A DNA stretch of 52,744 nucleotides from NCBI GenBank assembly GCA_964394905.1, contig CAYMZF010000002.1:1-52744 (forward strand), in the 5' to 3' direction. This stretch comes from an uncultured Gammaproteobacteria bacterium (GTDB lineage Bacteria; Patescibacteriota; Patescibacteriia; Patescibacteriales; UBA12465). A program made the translations under genes and the position numbers. The notes beneath the pieces are model-generated. The model did no database searches. It was not told the origin of the DNA and was given only the letters and a program-made list of their open reading frames with translations. Below, one piece after another: positions 1-9,151 of this stretch (the first letter of the stretch is position 1; each line of letters opens with the position of its first letter).

Positions 1-25
1 ATTTTTTTGCTTATTTTACAAAAAA

Positions 26-34
26 TGTTATAAT
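26..34 (+). promoter_or_regulatory. candidate extended -10 promoter element (TGTTATAAT) upstream of pilin-like gene
   Basis: TG-n-TATAAT motif at 26-34, about 48 nt upstream of the ATG at 82. Sequence motif only. Confidence 0.35.
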
Positions 35-81
35 AATTTATAGTATAAAGTGGTTAATTTAAAAAAGTTAATTTTAAATAT

Positions 82-522
82 ATGACCAATGTTTTTCATT
101 GTCAAAAAAAAGCCTTTACCTTAATTGAATTATTAGTGGTTATAGCTATTATTGGTATTTTAGGTAGTTTAGCGGCTATATCTTTACAAAGTGCTCGTTC
201 TCGAGCTCGAGACGCTAAAAGGGTATCAGATATAAAGCAAATTCAAATCGCCTTAGAATTATATTACAATGATTATAATGAATATCCGACTAGCATTGCC
301 AATTCTATTTCTTATGGTGACACTATTTATATGTTGGTCGTGCCTACCGCTCCGACTCCAGCCGATGGTAATTGTGATAATATAAACAATGCCTACATTT
401 ATGCCACTCAAGGAGATGATTATAGTTCTTATACGATTTCTTTCTGTTTAGGTAATGATACCGGAGGTTTATTGGCTAATACTAATAAGGCTATTCCCGG
501 TGGAGTAATTTCAATTCCTTAA
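82..522 (+). CDS. type IV pilin / pseudopilin-like protein with prepilin-type N-terminal cleavage-methylation motif
   Basis: N-terminus MTNVFHCQKKA-FTLIELLVVIAIIGILGSLA is the classic class III signal (FTLIEL plus hydrophobic helix). It is followed by SARSRARDAKRVSDIKQIQIALELYY, typical of GspG/PilA-like proteins. Confidence 0.85.
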   Translation: MTNVFHCQKKAFTLIELLVVIAIIGILGSLAAISLQSARSRARDAKRVSDIKQIQIALELYYNDYNEYPTSIANSISYGDTIYMLVVPTAPTPADGNCDNINNAYIYATQGDDYSSYTISFCLGNDTGGLLANTNKAIPGGVISIP

Positions 523-550
523 AAAGTTATTTTTTATTTATATAAAATTT

Positions 551-575
551 AAACCAAGGTTATCCTTGGTTTTTT
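551..575 (+). terminator. intrinsic terminator after pilin-like gene
   Basis: AAACCAAGG-ttat-CCTTGGTTT hairpin (9 bp) followed by a T-run. Confidence 0.7.
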
Positions 576-586
576 ATAATCACATA

Positions 587-1492
587 ATGAAAAATAACGA
601 TGAAACAAAATTTTATATTGCTTTTAATTGTTTAATGAATTTTACTTATAAACGCTATGGATTATTATTAACCGGTTTTGGTTCTTTATCTAAAGCATTT
701 TCGGCTAATGCTTCGGATTTAATTAAAGTCGGTTTAAAACCGGATATTGTTTTTGATTTTATAAACAAAAGAAAAGAATTTGATTTAGAAAAAGTTTTAG
801 AAAAAATAGATCAAGAAAAAATTAAAGTTTGTTTAATTATTGATAGTGATTATCCACAACTATTAAAAAACATTTATTCTCCACCACCTATTTTTTATTA
901 CCGAGGTAATTTAAAAATTAATTGGAATTTATCTTTAGCCGTAGTTGGTTCGCGCCAATATAGTTTTTATGGCGAAAAGATTATTAACAATTTTGTTCCT
1001 GGTTTGATAAGGAACGATATTGCCGTTATAAGCGGTTTAGCGGTTGGAATTGATTCTTTAGCCCATAAATCCACTTTGGAAAATAAAGGCCAAACAGTGG
1101 CTGTTTTGGGCTCAGGATTGGATTATTACAGCCTTTATCCCCGAAGTAATCGAGATTTAGCTGAAAATATTGTAAATAATGGGGGTTTATTGTTATCAGA
1201 GTTTCCTTTGGGAACACCAGCTTGGGCCTATAATTTTCCTCAAAGAAACAGAATTATTGCCGGTTTAAGTCCGGCTACTTTAGTGGTGGAAGCCGGTATT
1301 AAATCAGGTTCTTTAATAACGGCCAGATATGCCTTGGACGAAGGGCGAGAAGTTTTAAGTATACCGGCTGATATTTTTTCAGATTTATATAGCGGTAATA
1401 ATACTTTAATAAAAGACGGAGCTCAAGTTATAAATAATATTACTGATATATTAGATATTTTTGATATTACTCCTAAATTATTGAAACCCTAA
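587..1492 (+). CDS. dprA: DNA processing protein DprA (Smf family)
   Basis: Rossmann-like DprA core: VVGSRQYSFYGEKI, ISGLAVGIDSLAHKS, VAVLGSGLDYYSLYP, FPQRNRIIAGLS, VVEAGIKSGSLITARYALDEGREV. The ORF track starts at a TTG (566) that lies inside the upstream terminator hairpin, so I prefer the ATG at 587. A TATAAT at 575-580 sits only 6 nt upstream of that ATG. Confidence 0.88.
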   Translation: MKNNDETKFYIAFNCLMNFTYKRYGLLLTGFGSLSKAFSANASDLIKVGLKPDIVFDFINKRKEFDLEKVLEKIDQEKIKVCLIIDSDYPQLLKNIYSPPPIFYYRGNLKINWNLSLAVVGSRQYSFYGEKIINNFVPGLIRNDIAVISGLAVGIDSLAHKSTLENKGQTVAVLGSGLDYYSLYPRSNRDLAENIVNNGGLLLSEFPLGTPAWAYNFPQRNRIIAGLSPATLVVEAGIKSGSLITARYALDEGREVLSIPADIFSDLYSGNNTLIKDGAQVINNITDILDIFDITPKLLKP

Positions 1493-1586
1493 AAAACATG
1501 TTTTATATAGTTTTTATAAAATTTGTGTTTTTTTGATTTTAATATTATAATTGTTTTATAAAAAAATATCTTTTATTTTTAAATAT

Positions 1587-3785
1587 ATGGACTTAATAAT
1601 AGTAGAGTCGCCCACTAAAGCCAAAACAATTTCTAAATTTTTAGGTAATGGTTATATAGTGGAATCATCTTTTGGTCATGTTCGTGATTTGCCAAAAAGT
1701 GAATTGGGTATTGATTTAGAAAATAATTTTATCCCTAAGTATATAGTTCCCAACAAATCAAAAAAAAGAGTGGCTGAATTAAAGAAATTAGCCAAAAGTG
1801 CTAATTCTGTTATTTTAGCATCTGATGAAGATCGTGAAGGAGAAGCTATCGCTTGGCATTTAGCTAATATTTTATCTTTAGACGATAAAACCGCCAAAAG
1901 AATAGCTTTTCACGAAATAACCAAAGACGCTATTTTAAAAGCTATTAGTAATCCTAGAAAAATAGATCAAAAAATGGTTGATGCTCAACAAGCTCGAAGA
2001 ATTTTAGATCGTTTGGTCGGTTATAAATTATCACCATTTTTATGGAAAAAAGTAGCTAAAGGATTATCGGCCGGTCGAGTTCAGAGTGTTGCCGTTAGAT
2101 TAATAGTAGAACGAGAACGAGAAATTAAAGCTTTTATTCCTCAAGAGTATTGGGACATTGAATCAATTTTAAAAAAGGACAAAAATTCTTTTTCGGCTAA
2201 ATTAATAAAAATCAATGACAAGGTTATTAATAAATTTTATTTTAAAACCGAGACTGATACTGACAGTGTTATAAAATCTTTAAATCAAGGTAAGTGGGAA
2301 GTAAAAAATATTGACAGCAAAGAAAGCAATAAAAATCCCTTGCCTCCTTTTATTACTTCAACTTTACAACAAACCGCCAATCATCGTTTAGGATATAGCG
2401 CCAAACAAACTATGATGATTGCTCAAAAATTATATGAGTTGGGTTTTATAACTTACATGAGAACTGATTCGTTTAATTTGGCGGAAAAATTTAGAACTGA
2501 AGCCAGCGAATATATTAAAAATAAATTGGGTGATAAATATTTACCAAATGGAGGTCGAGCTTTTAAAAATAAAGATAAAAATGCTCAGGAAGCTCATGAA
2601 GCTATCCGTCCAACCTTGGCTTTTAATGAACCGCAAACTATTGCCGGTAAATTAGATAAAAATCAATTTAAACTTTATCAATTAATTTGGCAACGAACCT
2701 TGGCTTCGCAAATGTCAGCCGCTATTTTAGATACAGTAACGGTTGATATTAAAGCCGGAGAAAAAAATGAATATTTGTTTAGAGCTAATGGTCAAACCAT
2801 AAAATTTAACGGTTATTTAGAAATTTATCCGGAAAAAGTTAGCGAAAATGAATTACCGGAATTAAAGCTAGGTGATAATTTAGACTTGGAAAAACTAAAT
2901 AAAAATCAGCATTTTACTCAAGCTCCGGCTCGTTATTCCGACGCCAGTTTAGTTAAAGAATTAGAAAAACATGGTATTGGTCGGCCATCAACTTATGCTC
3001 CGACCATTGCTACTATCATTGAAAGAAATTATGTTAATCGGGATGATAAAAAAAGATTATTTCCAACTGATATCGCTTTTGTTGTAATTGATTTATTAGT
3101 GGCTCATTTTCCTGATATTGTTGATTACAAATTTACCGCTGATATGGAAAATGATTTAGATGCTATTTCGGTCGGTAAAAAAGAATGGACGCCGGTTATT
3201 AAGAATTTTTGGGAACCGTTTAATGAAAATTTACAAAATAAATATAAAGAATTAGATAAACAAAATTTTATGCCAGAAGAAGAAACCAATGAAGTTTGTG
3301 ACAAATGTGGCGCCAAAATGATTGTAAAAACTGGTCGCTACGGAAAATTTTTAGCTTGTAGTAATTTTCCCGAATGTCACAACATTAAATCAATGAAAAA
3401 AGGGGAAGCCAAAGCCCAGGTTGATAGCCCGGAGTTAATAGAATTGAAAGAAAAATATAAAAATATAAAATGTGATAAATGTGGAGCTGACATGGTTGTT
3501 AGAATGGGTAAGTTCGGACCATTTTTAGGTTGTAGCGCTTATCCTAAATGTAAAAATTTGCAAAATATCGGCTCAGATGAAGTTGATATTAATTGTCCGG
3601 TATGTAAAACCGGTAAAATTGTTAAAAAATTTAGTCGGCGAGGAGTTTTTTATGCTTGTAATAATTATCCTAAATGTAAAAATGCTTATTTTGCCAAACC
3701 AACAGGTGAAAAATGTAAAAAATGTGGTGCTTTAATGGTAGCCGATAAAGAAGGAAGTAAATGTTCTAATAAAGAATGTGATTAA
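1587..3785 (+). CDS. topA: DNA topoisomerase I with C-terminal zinc-ribbon repeats
   Basis: MDLIIVESPTKAKTI Toprim start, DEDREGEAI, and the active-site region ITYMRTDS. Four C-terminal C4 zinc ribbons of the type CDKCGA..CSNFPEC. The ORF is open from 1551, but the canonical N-terminus begins at the ATG at 1587. Confidence 0.93.
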   Translation: MDLIIVESPTKAKTISKFLGNGYIVESSFGHVRDLPKSELGIDLENNFIPKYIVPNKSKKRVAELKKLAKSANSVILASDEDREGEAIAWHLANILSLDDKTAKRIAFHEITKDAILKAISNPRKIDQKMVDAQQARRILDRLVGYKLSPFLWKKVAKGLSAGRVQSVAVRLIVEREREIKAFIPQEYWDIESILKKDKNSFSAKLIKINDKVINKFYFKTETDTDSVIKSLNQGKWEVKNIDSKESNKNPLPPFITSTLQQTANHRLGYSAKQTMMIAQKLYELGFITYMRTDSFNLAEKFRTEASEYIKNKLGDKYLPNGGRAFKNKDKNAQEAHEAIRPTLAFNEPQTIAGKLDKNQFKLYQLIWQRTLASQMSAAILDTVTVDIKAGEKNEYLFRANGQTIKFNGYLEIYPEKVSENELPELKLGDNLDLEKLNKNQHFTQAPARYSDASLVKELEKHGIGRPSTYAPTIATIIERNYVNRDDKKRLFPTDIAFVVIDLLVAHFPDIVDYKFTADMENDLDAISVGKKEWTPVIKNFWEPFNENLQNKYKELDKQNFMPEEETNEVCDKCGAKMIVKTGRYGKFLACSNFPECHNIKSMKKGEAKAQVDSPELIELKEKYKNIKCDKCGADMVVRMGKFGPFLGCSAYPKCKNLQNIGSDEVDINCPVCKTGKIVKKFSRRGVFYACNNYPKCKNAYFAKPTGEKCKKCGALMVADKEGSKCSNKECD

Positions 3786-3817
3786 GTTTAAATTAAAAAT
3801 TTAAATTGATAATAAAC

Positions 3818-3847
3818 AAAAAAACAGGTAATCGTACCTGTTTTTTT
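3818..3847. terminator. bidirectional intrinsic terminator between convergent topA and trpS
   Basis: A7-CAGGTA-atcg-TACCTG-T7. A perfect palindrome with an A-run on one side and a T-run on the other. Confidence 0.75.
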
Positions 3848-3863
3848 GTATATAGTTTTATCG

Positions 3864-4862
3864 TTAATCAAAATAATTTAATTTCATGTTTTTTTTAACC
3901 TTTTTTAGAGTTTCACTGGTTTTAATTCGAGCTTTTTTAGTACCGGCTTTTAATATTTTTTCTACTAATTCCGGTCGATCTTCATAATATTTACGACGTT
4001 TTTGAAATGGTTTTAAAAACTCAATAACATTTTCCGTTAATTCTTTTTTACATTGAACGCAACCTCTTTGGCCGTTTTGACATTCTGTTTTTATATTTTT
4101 TAAATTGGAAGAATTAAACATTTTATGATAAGAGAAAACCGTACAAACTTCCGGCCGTCCTTTGTCGTTCAATTTTATTTTTTGTTGATCGGTTAATGCC
4201 TTTTTTATTTTAGTTTCTATTATTTCCGGTTTATCGGCGATATAAATGGCATTGTTTAAACTTTTGCTCATTTTATTATTGCCGTCCAAACCTTTAACTC
4301 GGCCGAAATTTCCCACTAAAGCCTCAGGAATTTTTAGAGTATAACCGTAAATACTATTAAATTTTTTAACAATATCTTTAGTTTGTTCCAGCATCGGCAA
4401 TTGATCTTCGCCCACCGGAACTAAATCAGTATCAAAAGCCGTTATATCGGCTGCTTGGCTTACGGGATAGCCTAAAAAACCATAAGTGACGCTATTTTTA
4501 AACAGATCTTTTTTTTGTTCTATCTCTGTTTTAACAGTCGGATTTCTTTGCAAACGGGAAATAGTTACTAAGTTAGAATAAAAAACAGTTAATTCGGCTA
4601 TTTCCGGAATCATAGATTGAATAAAAATAGTTGCTAATTTAGGATCAACACCAACGGCCAAATTATCTAAAACAACTTCTTTTACATTTAGTCTGACTTT
4701 GTCGGGATCGGTAAAATTATCAGTTAACGCTTGAACGTCAGCCACCATTATATAAGTGTCATATTCTTTTTGTAATTTAACGCGGTTTAAAAGAGAACCA
4801 AAAAGATGTCCGATATGAAGTTGTCCGGTTGGTCGATCACCGGTAAGAATTATTTTTTTCAT
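3864..4862 (-). CDS. trpS: tryptophan--tRNA ligase
   Basis: Class I synthetase motifs: HIGH-type (GQLHIGHL) and KMSKS (NKMSKSL). Size of 332 aa and VKLQKEYDTYIMVADVQALT resemble bacterial TrpRS. Confidence 0.85.
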   Translation of the reverse strand: MKKIILTGDRPTGQLHIGHLFGSLLNRVKLQKEYDTYIMVADVQALTDNFTDPDKVRLNVKEVVLDNLAVGVDPKLATIFIQSMIPEIAELTVFYSNLVTISRLQRNPTVKTEIEQKKDLFKNSVTYGFLGYPVSQAADITAFDTDLVPVGEDQLPMLEQTKDIVKKFNSIYGYTLKIPEALVGNFGRVKGLDGNNKMSKSLNNAIYIADKPEIIETKIKKALTDQQKIKLNDKGRPEVCTVFSYHKMFNSSNLKNIKTECQNGQRGCVQCKKELTENVIEFLKPFQKRRKYYEDRPELVEKILKAGTKKARIKTSETLKKVKKNMKLNYFD

Positions 4863-4868
4863 GTTCGT

Positions 4869-5231
4869 TTATTTTTGTTTATTTTTTGTATTTTTTTTCT
4901 TAAATTTAGTTTTGTTATTATTGGAATTTTCAGAGTCTTCTTTAAAACGTTCTTCTTGTCGATTTTCTTTCTTTTTGTTAAAGAAATCAACAGCTTTATC
5001 AATTAAATTACTTAAAAGAAAAAGATAAGAACTGCTTTGTTTTATTTTACTTTTAATTAAATCAACTAAATTGTTGATTTTATCAACACCGCCTTCTATT
5101 TGCTGACTGATTTTATTAATTCTCTTTAAGTTGGCGATTAAATAATATAAAGCCACACAAAGAAAAATTACTAAAACCACTACGGAAACAGAAACGGATA
5201 TATTTAAAATATCCCGACTGGTTTCAAACAT
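4869..5231 (-). CDS. small membrane-anchored coiled-coil protein with lysine-rich tail (DUF948-like, tentative)
   Basis: One N-terminal TM helix (VSVVVLVIFLCVALYYLIANL), then a helical region and a K/N-rich tail. The family assignment is from memory of the DUF948 pattern only. Confidence 0.5.
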   Translation of the reverse strand: MFETSRDILNISVSVSVVVLVIFLCVALYYLIANLKRINKISQQIEGGVDKINNLVDLIKSKIKQSSSYLFLLSNLIDKAVDFFNKKKENRQEERFKEDSENSNNNKTKFKKKNTKNKQK

Positions 5232-5262
5232 AAAATTGTTGTTAATTTTTATTTAAAAGAGA

Positions 5263-7701
5263 TTAAAAATCTCTGATATGAGCGGAAAATTTTTCTTGTA
5301 AAACTTTTATCAAACCTTTTTGAATCTGATCTACTTCTTCATTATTTAAAGTTTGATCGTCGGATTGATAAACAACATGAAAAGCCAAGCTTTTTTTATT
5401 AGTTTCTAAATTTTGACCGGAATAGACATCAAATAGCTCAACTTTTTTAATTAAGGGATGAAATTTTTTTATTTCTTGACTAATATCATTATACAATATT
5501 TTTTGATCTATAACAAAAGCCAAGTCTCGATTAACGGCCGGAAATTTAGGAATGGCTTGATATTGTTTTATCGGTCCGTTGGTTATGGCTATTAATAATG
5601 TTTTTAAACTAATTTCAGCATAAGCTACTTGTTTTTTAATGCCGTTTTTATTTAGAACCTCATTATTAAGACTGGCTAAATAACCAATTTCTTTTCCATT
5701 TAAAATTATTAAACATTTTTCTTTATTATCGGCCCAAGCAATAATTGATTCGGTTGGATAAAAATCAATTTCTTGACCATTAGAAATTTCTAGACCGGCA
5801 TTAAAAATAATATTTTTTAAAGTGGCAAAAACCTGTTTGGAATTTTCCGACAATATTAAACCAATTTTTTTTTCTTGATAAGGTAATTTTTCCGAAGACT
5901 TATTATCTTTATTGGGACCACCGGCAATATTTAAAAAAACGTTTTCAATTTCAAATAAAGAAATTTTATCGTATTTAGCTTGATTGTTTTTTATATTAGC
6001 CAGTAAATTAGTAATTAATGTCTGTCGAAGCATAGTATGTTGCGATGACAACGGGTTTAATAATTTAATATAATTTTTAGAATCTAAATTAAGTTTTAAT
6101 AATTGTTCTTCGTTAACATAAGAATAATTATAGGTTTCTGTCATTTTATAACTAAAAGCTAAAATTTTCTTTATTTTTTTACTCAATTCCATTTCGGGAT
6201 CTTTTTCCGGCGGTATTATTTTGTCTTGTGGCATAACAGGAATTATATTATTATAACCGTAAATTCGAGTTATTTCTTCAATCAAATCTTCTTTTATTTG
6301 TAAATCTTTTTTTCTCCACGAAGGAATTATTATTTCCCAAGTCTCTCCGGTAGAGGTGGCCGGAATAATATTTTTTATTATTAAGCCCAAACTTTCTAAG
6401 ATTTTTTTTATTTTTTTATCGTCAATTTTTTGTCCGATAAATTTTTCCGCCCAAGCTAAATTTAAAGAAATAGTTTTTTCTTCATTTTTAAAAGTTCCTT
6501 CGTCAATAATATCATTTTGAAAAATGGCTTGAGGACATACTTGTTTTATTAATTCACTAGCTTTTTCTAAAGCTATAAGACATAGATTAGGATCTAATCC
6601 TTTTTCAAAACGAATAGCCGCATCGGTTCTAATATTTAAACGGCTACCGGTTTTTCTAATGGATACGGCGTCAAAATTAGCCGATTCAAGTATAATTGAA
6701 GTAGTAGTGTTATTAATTTCACTGTTTTTACCGCCCATTATTCCGGCTAAAGCGATAGCTTTTAAATCCGAAGCGATTACTAAATCATCCTCAATTAATT
6801 TTTGTTCTTTATCATCTAAAGTTATTAAAGTTTCATTTTTATCAGCTCGTCGAACAGTTATTTTTTTTATATTTTCGGAATCAAAAGCGTGAAGCGGTTG
6901 GCCGATTTCCAACATAACATAATTAGTGATATCAACAATATTGTTAATTGGGTTTAAACCGACAGCTTTTAGTTTATTTTTTAACCAAGATGGAGATTCT
7001 TCTATTTTGATATTATCAATTTTTAAAGCAGTATATTTTTTACATAAATTTTTAGCTTTAATATCCACCGTTATATTTTCAATTTTGTTTTTACTTTTTT
7101 TTATTTTTATTTTTTTGGTTTCATAGTCCTTTAATTTTTTATCAAAAATAACGCTTAATTCTCGGGCAATTCCATAATGGTTCCATAAGTCCGGTCGGTT
7201 AGAAATTGATTTGTTGTCAATTTCTAAAATAGTTTCGTCTAATTTTAAATAATCGCCCAAAGATTGTCCGATTTTAGCCGGTGATTTTAAAACCATAATA
7301 CCGGTGTGATCGGAACCCAAACCTAATTCGTCTTCGGCACAAATCATTCCATTTGATTCCACGCCTCGAAGTTGGGCCGGTTTAATTTCTAATCCATTTG
7401 GTAAAATTGCTCCAATTTTAGCTAGGGCTACTAATTGACCGACAGCAACGTTAGGTGCTCCGCAAACAACTTGAAGATTGTTTTCTTCTCCACTATCAAT
7501 TATAGTAATTTGAAGTTTATCGGCTTGAGGGTGTTTTTTTACTTCTAAAACTTTAGCTACAATTACATTTTTAAATTGATCTTTGCTTTGGCTTATTTTT
7601 TCAACTTCAACCGTATGATCGGTTAATTTATTTTTTATATCTTCAGGATTGATATTTGATAAATTAACGAATTCTTTTAACCAGTTTAATGAAATATTCA
7701 T
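5263..7701 (-). CDS. pheT: phenylalanine--tRNA ligase beta subunit
   Basis: N-terminal tRNA-binding OB domain (VVAKVLEVKKHPQADKLQ), B3/4 and B5 regions, and a C-terminal anticodon-binding-like domain. It lies immediately downstream of pheS. Confidence 0.93.
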   Translation of the reverse strand: MNISLNWLKEFVNLSNINPEDIKNKLTDHTVEVEKISQSKDQFKNVIVAKVLEVKKHPQADKLQITIIDSGEENNLQVVCGAPNVAVGQLVALAKIGAILPNGLEIKPAQLRGVESNGMICAEDELGLGSDHTGIMVLKSPAKIGQSLGDYLKLDETILEIDNKSISNRPDLWNHYGIARELSVIFDKKLKDYETKKIKIKKSKNKIENITVDIKAKNLCKKYTALKIDNIKIEESPSWLKNKLKAVGLNPINNIVDITNYVMLEIGQPLHAFDSENIKKITVRRADKNETLITLDDKEQKLIEDDLVIASDLKAIALAGIMGGKNSEINNTTTSIILESANFDAVSIRKTGSRLNIRTDAAIRFEKGLDPNLCLIALEKASELIKQVCPQAIFQNDIIDEGTFKNEEKTISLNLAWAEKFIGQKIDDKKIKKILESLGLIIKNIIPATSTGETWEIIIPSWRKKDLQIKEDLIEEITRIYGYNNIIPVMPQDKIIPPEKDPEMELSKKIKKILAFSYKMTETYNYSYVNEEQLLKLNLDSKNYIKLLNPLSSQHTMLRQTLITNLLANIKNNQAKYDKISLFEIENVFLNIAGGPNKDNKSSEKLPYQEKKIGLILSENSKQVFATLKNIIFNAGLEISNGQEIDFYPTESIIAWADNKEKCLIILNGKEIGYLASLNNEVLNKNGIKKQVAYAEISLKTLLIAITNGPIKQYQAIPKFPAVNRDLAFVIDQKILYNDISQEIKKFHPLIKKVELFDVYSGQNLETNKKSLAFHVVYQSDDQTLNNEEVDQIQKGLIKVLQEKFSAHIRDF

Positions 7702-7723
7702 ATTATTAATTTATTTAAAATTA

Positions 7724-8752
7724 TTAAAATTGTTTTAAAAATCGCAAATCACCGCTATGTAAAAGTCTAGTATCATCAATTTTATATTTAAGCATAACTA
7801 AACGATCTAGTCCGAAACCGAAAGCAAAACCAGAATATTTTTCCGGATCAATTCCGGCATTTTTTAAAACTTCGGGATGAATCATTCCACAACCGACTAT
7901 TTCCAACCAACCGGTGTGTTTACAAACTCGGCAACCTTGACCTTGGCATAAAAAACAAGTGTATTCACCATTACTGCCCGGTTCAACAAAAGGATAATAT
8001 TTTGGTCGCATTCTTAATTTAGTGTTTGGTCCGTATAATTTTTGGCCGACTAATTCCAAAAAAGCTTTTAAATTAGAAAAGTTTATATTTTCTCCGACCA
8101 TTAAACCTTCTAATTGATAAAAAGTATGTTCATGTCGAGCATCAGTGGCTTCGTTTCTAAAACAACGACCGGGTATAATGGCTTTTAAAGGAGCACCATA
8201 TTTTTCCATAGCTCTAAGTTGCATGGGGGAGGTTTGGGTTCTCATTAGCATATCATATTCACCTTCTTTATTTTTAGAATCAATAAAAAAAGTATCTTGC
8301 ATTTCTCGAGCGGGATGATGTTTGGGAAAATTTAAAGCAGTAAAATTATAATAATCACTTTCCAGTTCGGGGCCGTTTAGAACCATAAAACCCATTGAGG
8401 TAAACAGATCTTCAATTTCTTCTTGAGTGATAGTTACGGGATGAAGATGACCTTTTTCGGAGATTTCTCCGGGCAAGGTCGGATCTATTAGATCTGATTT
8501 ATTGTCATTTTTGCTTATTCTGTTTTTAGTTTCAATGATTTTTTCATTAATTTCTTGTTTAATGGAATTAGCTAAAGTTCCAATTTCTTTTTTTAAATCC
8601 ACATCTAAATTTTTTATGTTTTTTAACAAAGAATTAAATTCGCTTTTACGGTTTAAATATTTATCTTCCAATTCTTTTAGGTTATCTTCAAACTGTATTT
8701 CATCCAGACTTTCCAAAATTTCTTTTTTTAATTGTAATAATTTATTTTTCAT
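7724..8752 (-). CDS. pheS: phenylalanine--tRNA ligase alpha subunit
   Basis: Class II motifs: HPAREMQDTFF, FRNEATDARHEHTFYQLEG, GFAFGFGLDRL. Confidence 0.95.
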   Translation of the reverse strand: MKNKLLQLKKEILESLDEIQFEDNLKELEDKYLNRKSEFNSLLKNIKNLDVDLKKEIGTLANSIKQEINEKIIETKNRISKNDNKSDLIDPTLPGEISEKGHLHPVTITQEEIEDLFTSMGFMVLNGPELESDYYNFTALNFPKHHPAREMQDTFFIDSKNKEGEYDMLMRTQTSPMQLRAMEKYGAPLKAIIPGRCFRNEATDARHEHTFYQLEGLMVGENINFSNLKAFLELVGQKLYGPNTKLRMRPKYYPFVEPGSNGEYTCFLCQGQGCRVCKHTGWLEIVGCGMIHPEVLKNAGIDPEKYSGFAFGFGLDRLVMLKYKIDDTRLLHSGDLRFLKQF

Positions 8753-8756
8753 ATTT

Positions 8757-9131
8757 TTATTTTTGTTTGTTAATTAAAAGATATTCCGTTATTGATAATA
8801 TTATTATTAATATTATAATATTTATCCACGAAAACAAATGTTCGCCTAACATAAATAAAGTGGCGGTTATTAAAACGGAGAATAAAAAAGCCTGGCGGAA
8901 AGATGTGTTGACTATATGAAAATCTAAAACTTCTTTCATAGTTTTTTTTCTGATAATAAATCCGATTAAAGCCAAGGTTCCGCTTAAAGCTAAAAATAAA
9001 GAAAAATAGAAAAAAACAAAACCCACCCAATTAGTAACTTTAGGATCAATGGAATTCATTAAAAAAATGAAAATTCCCCATGATAACAAGGTTAATCCGG
9101 CCATTGATAATAAATATTTCTTTAATGACAT
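8757..9131 (-). CDS. hypothetical multi-pass membrane protein
   Basis: 124 aa with four hydrophobic segments. No recognisable motif. It is in an operon-like position upstream of pheS. Confidence 0.6.
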   Translation of the reverse strand: MSLKKYLLSMAGLTLLSWGIFIFLMNSIDPKVTNWVGFVFFYFSLFLALSGTLALIGFIIRKKTMKEVLDFHIVNTSFRQAFLFSVLITATLFMLGEHLFSWINIIILIIILSITEYLLINKQK

Positions 9132-9151
9132 ACTTTATATATTAAATTTAT

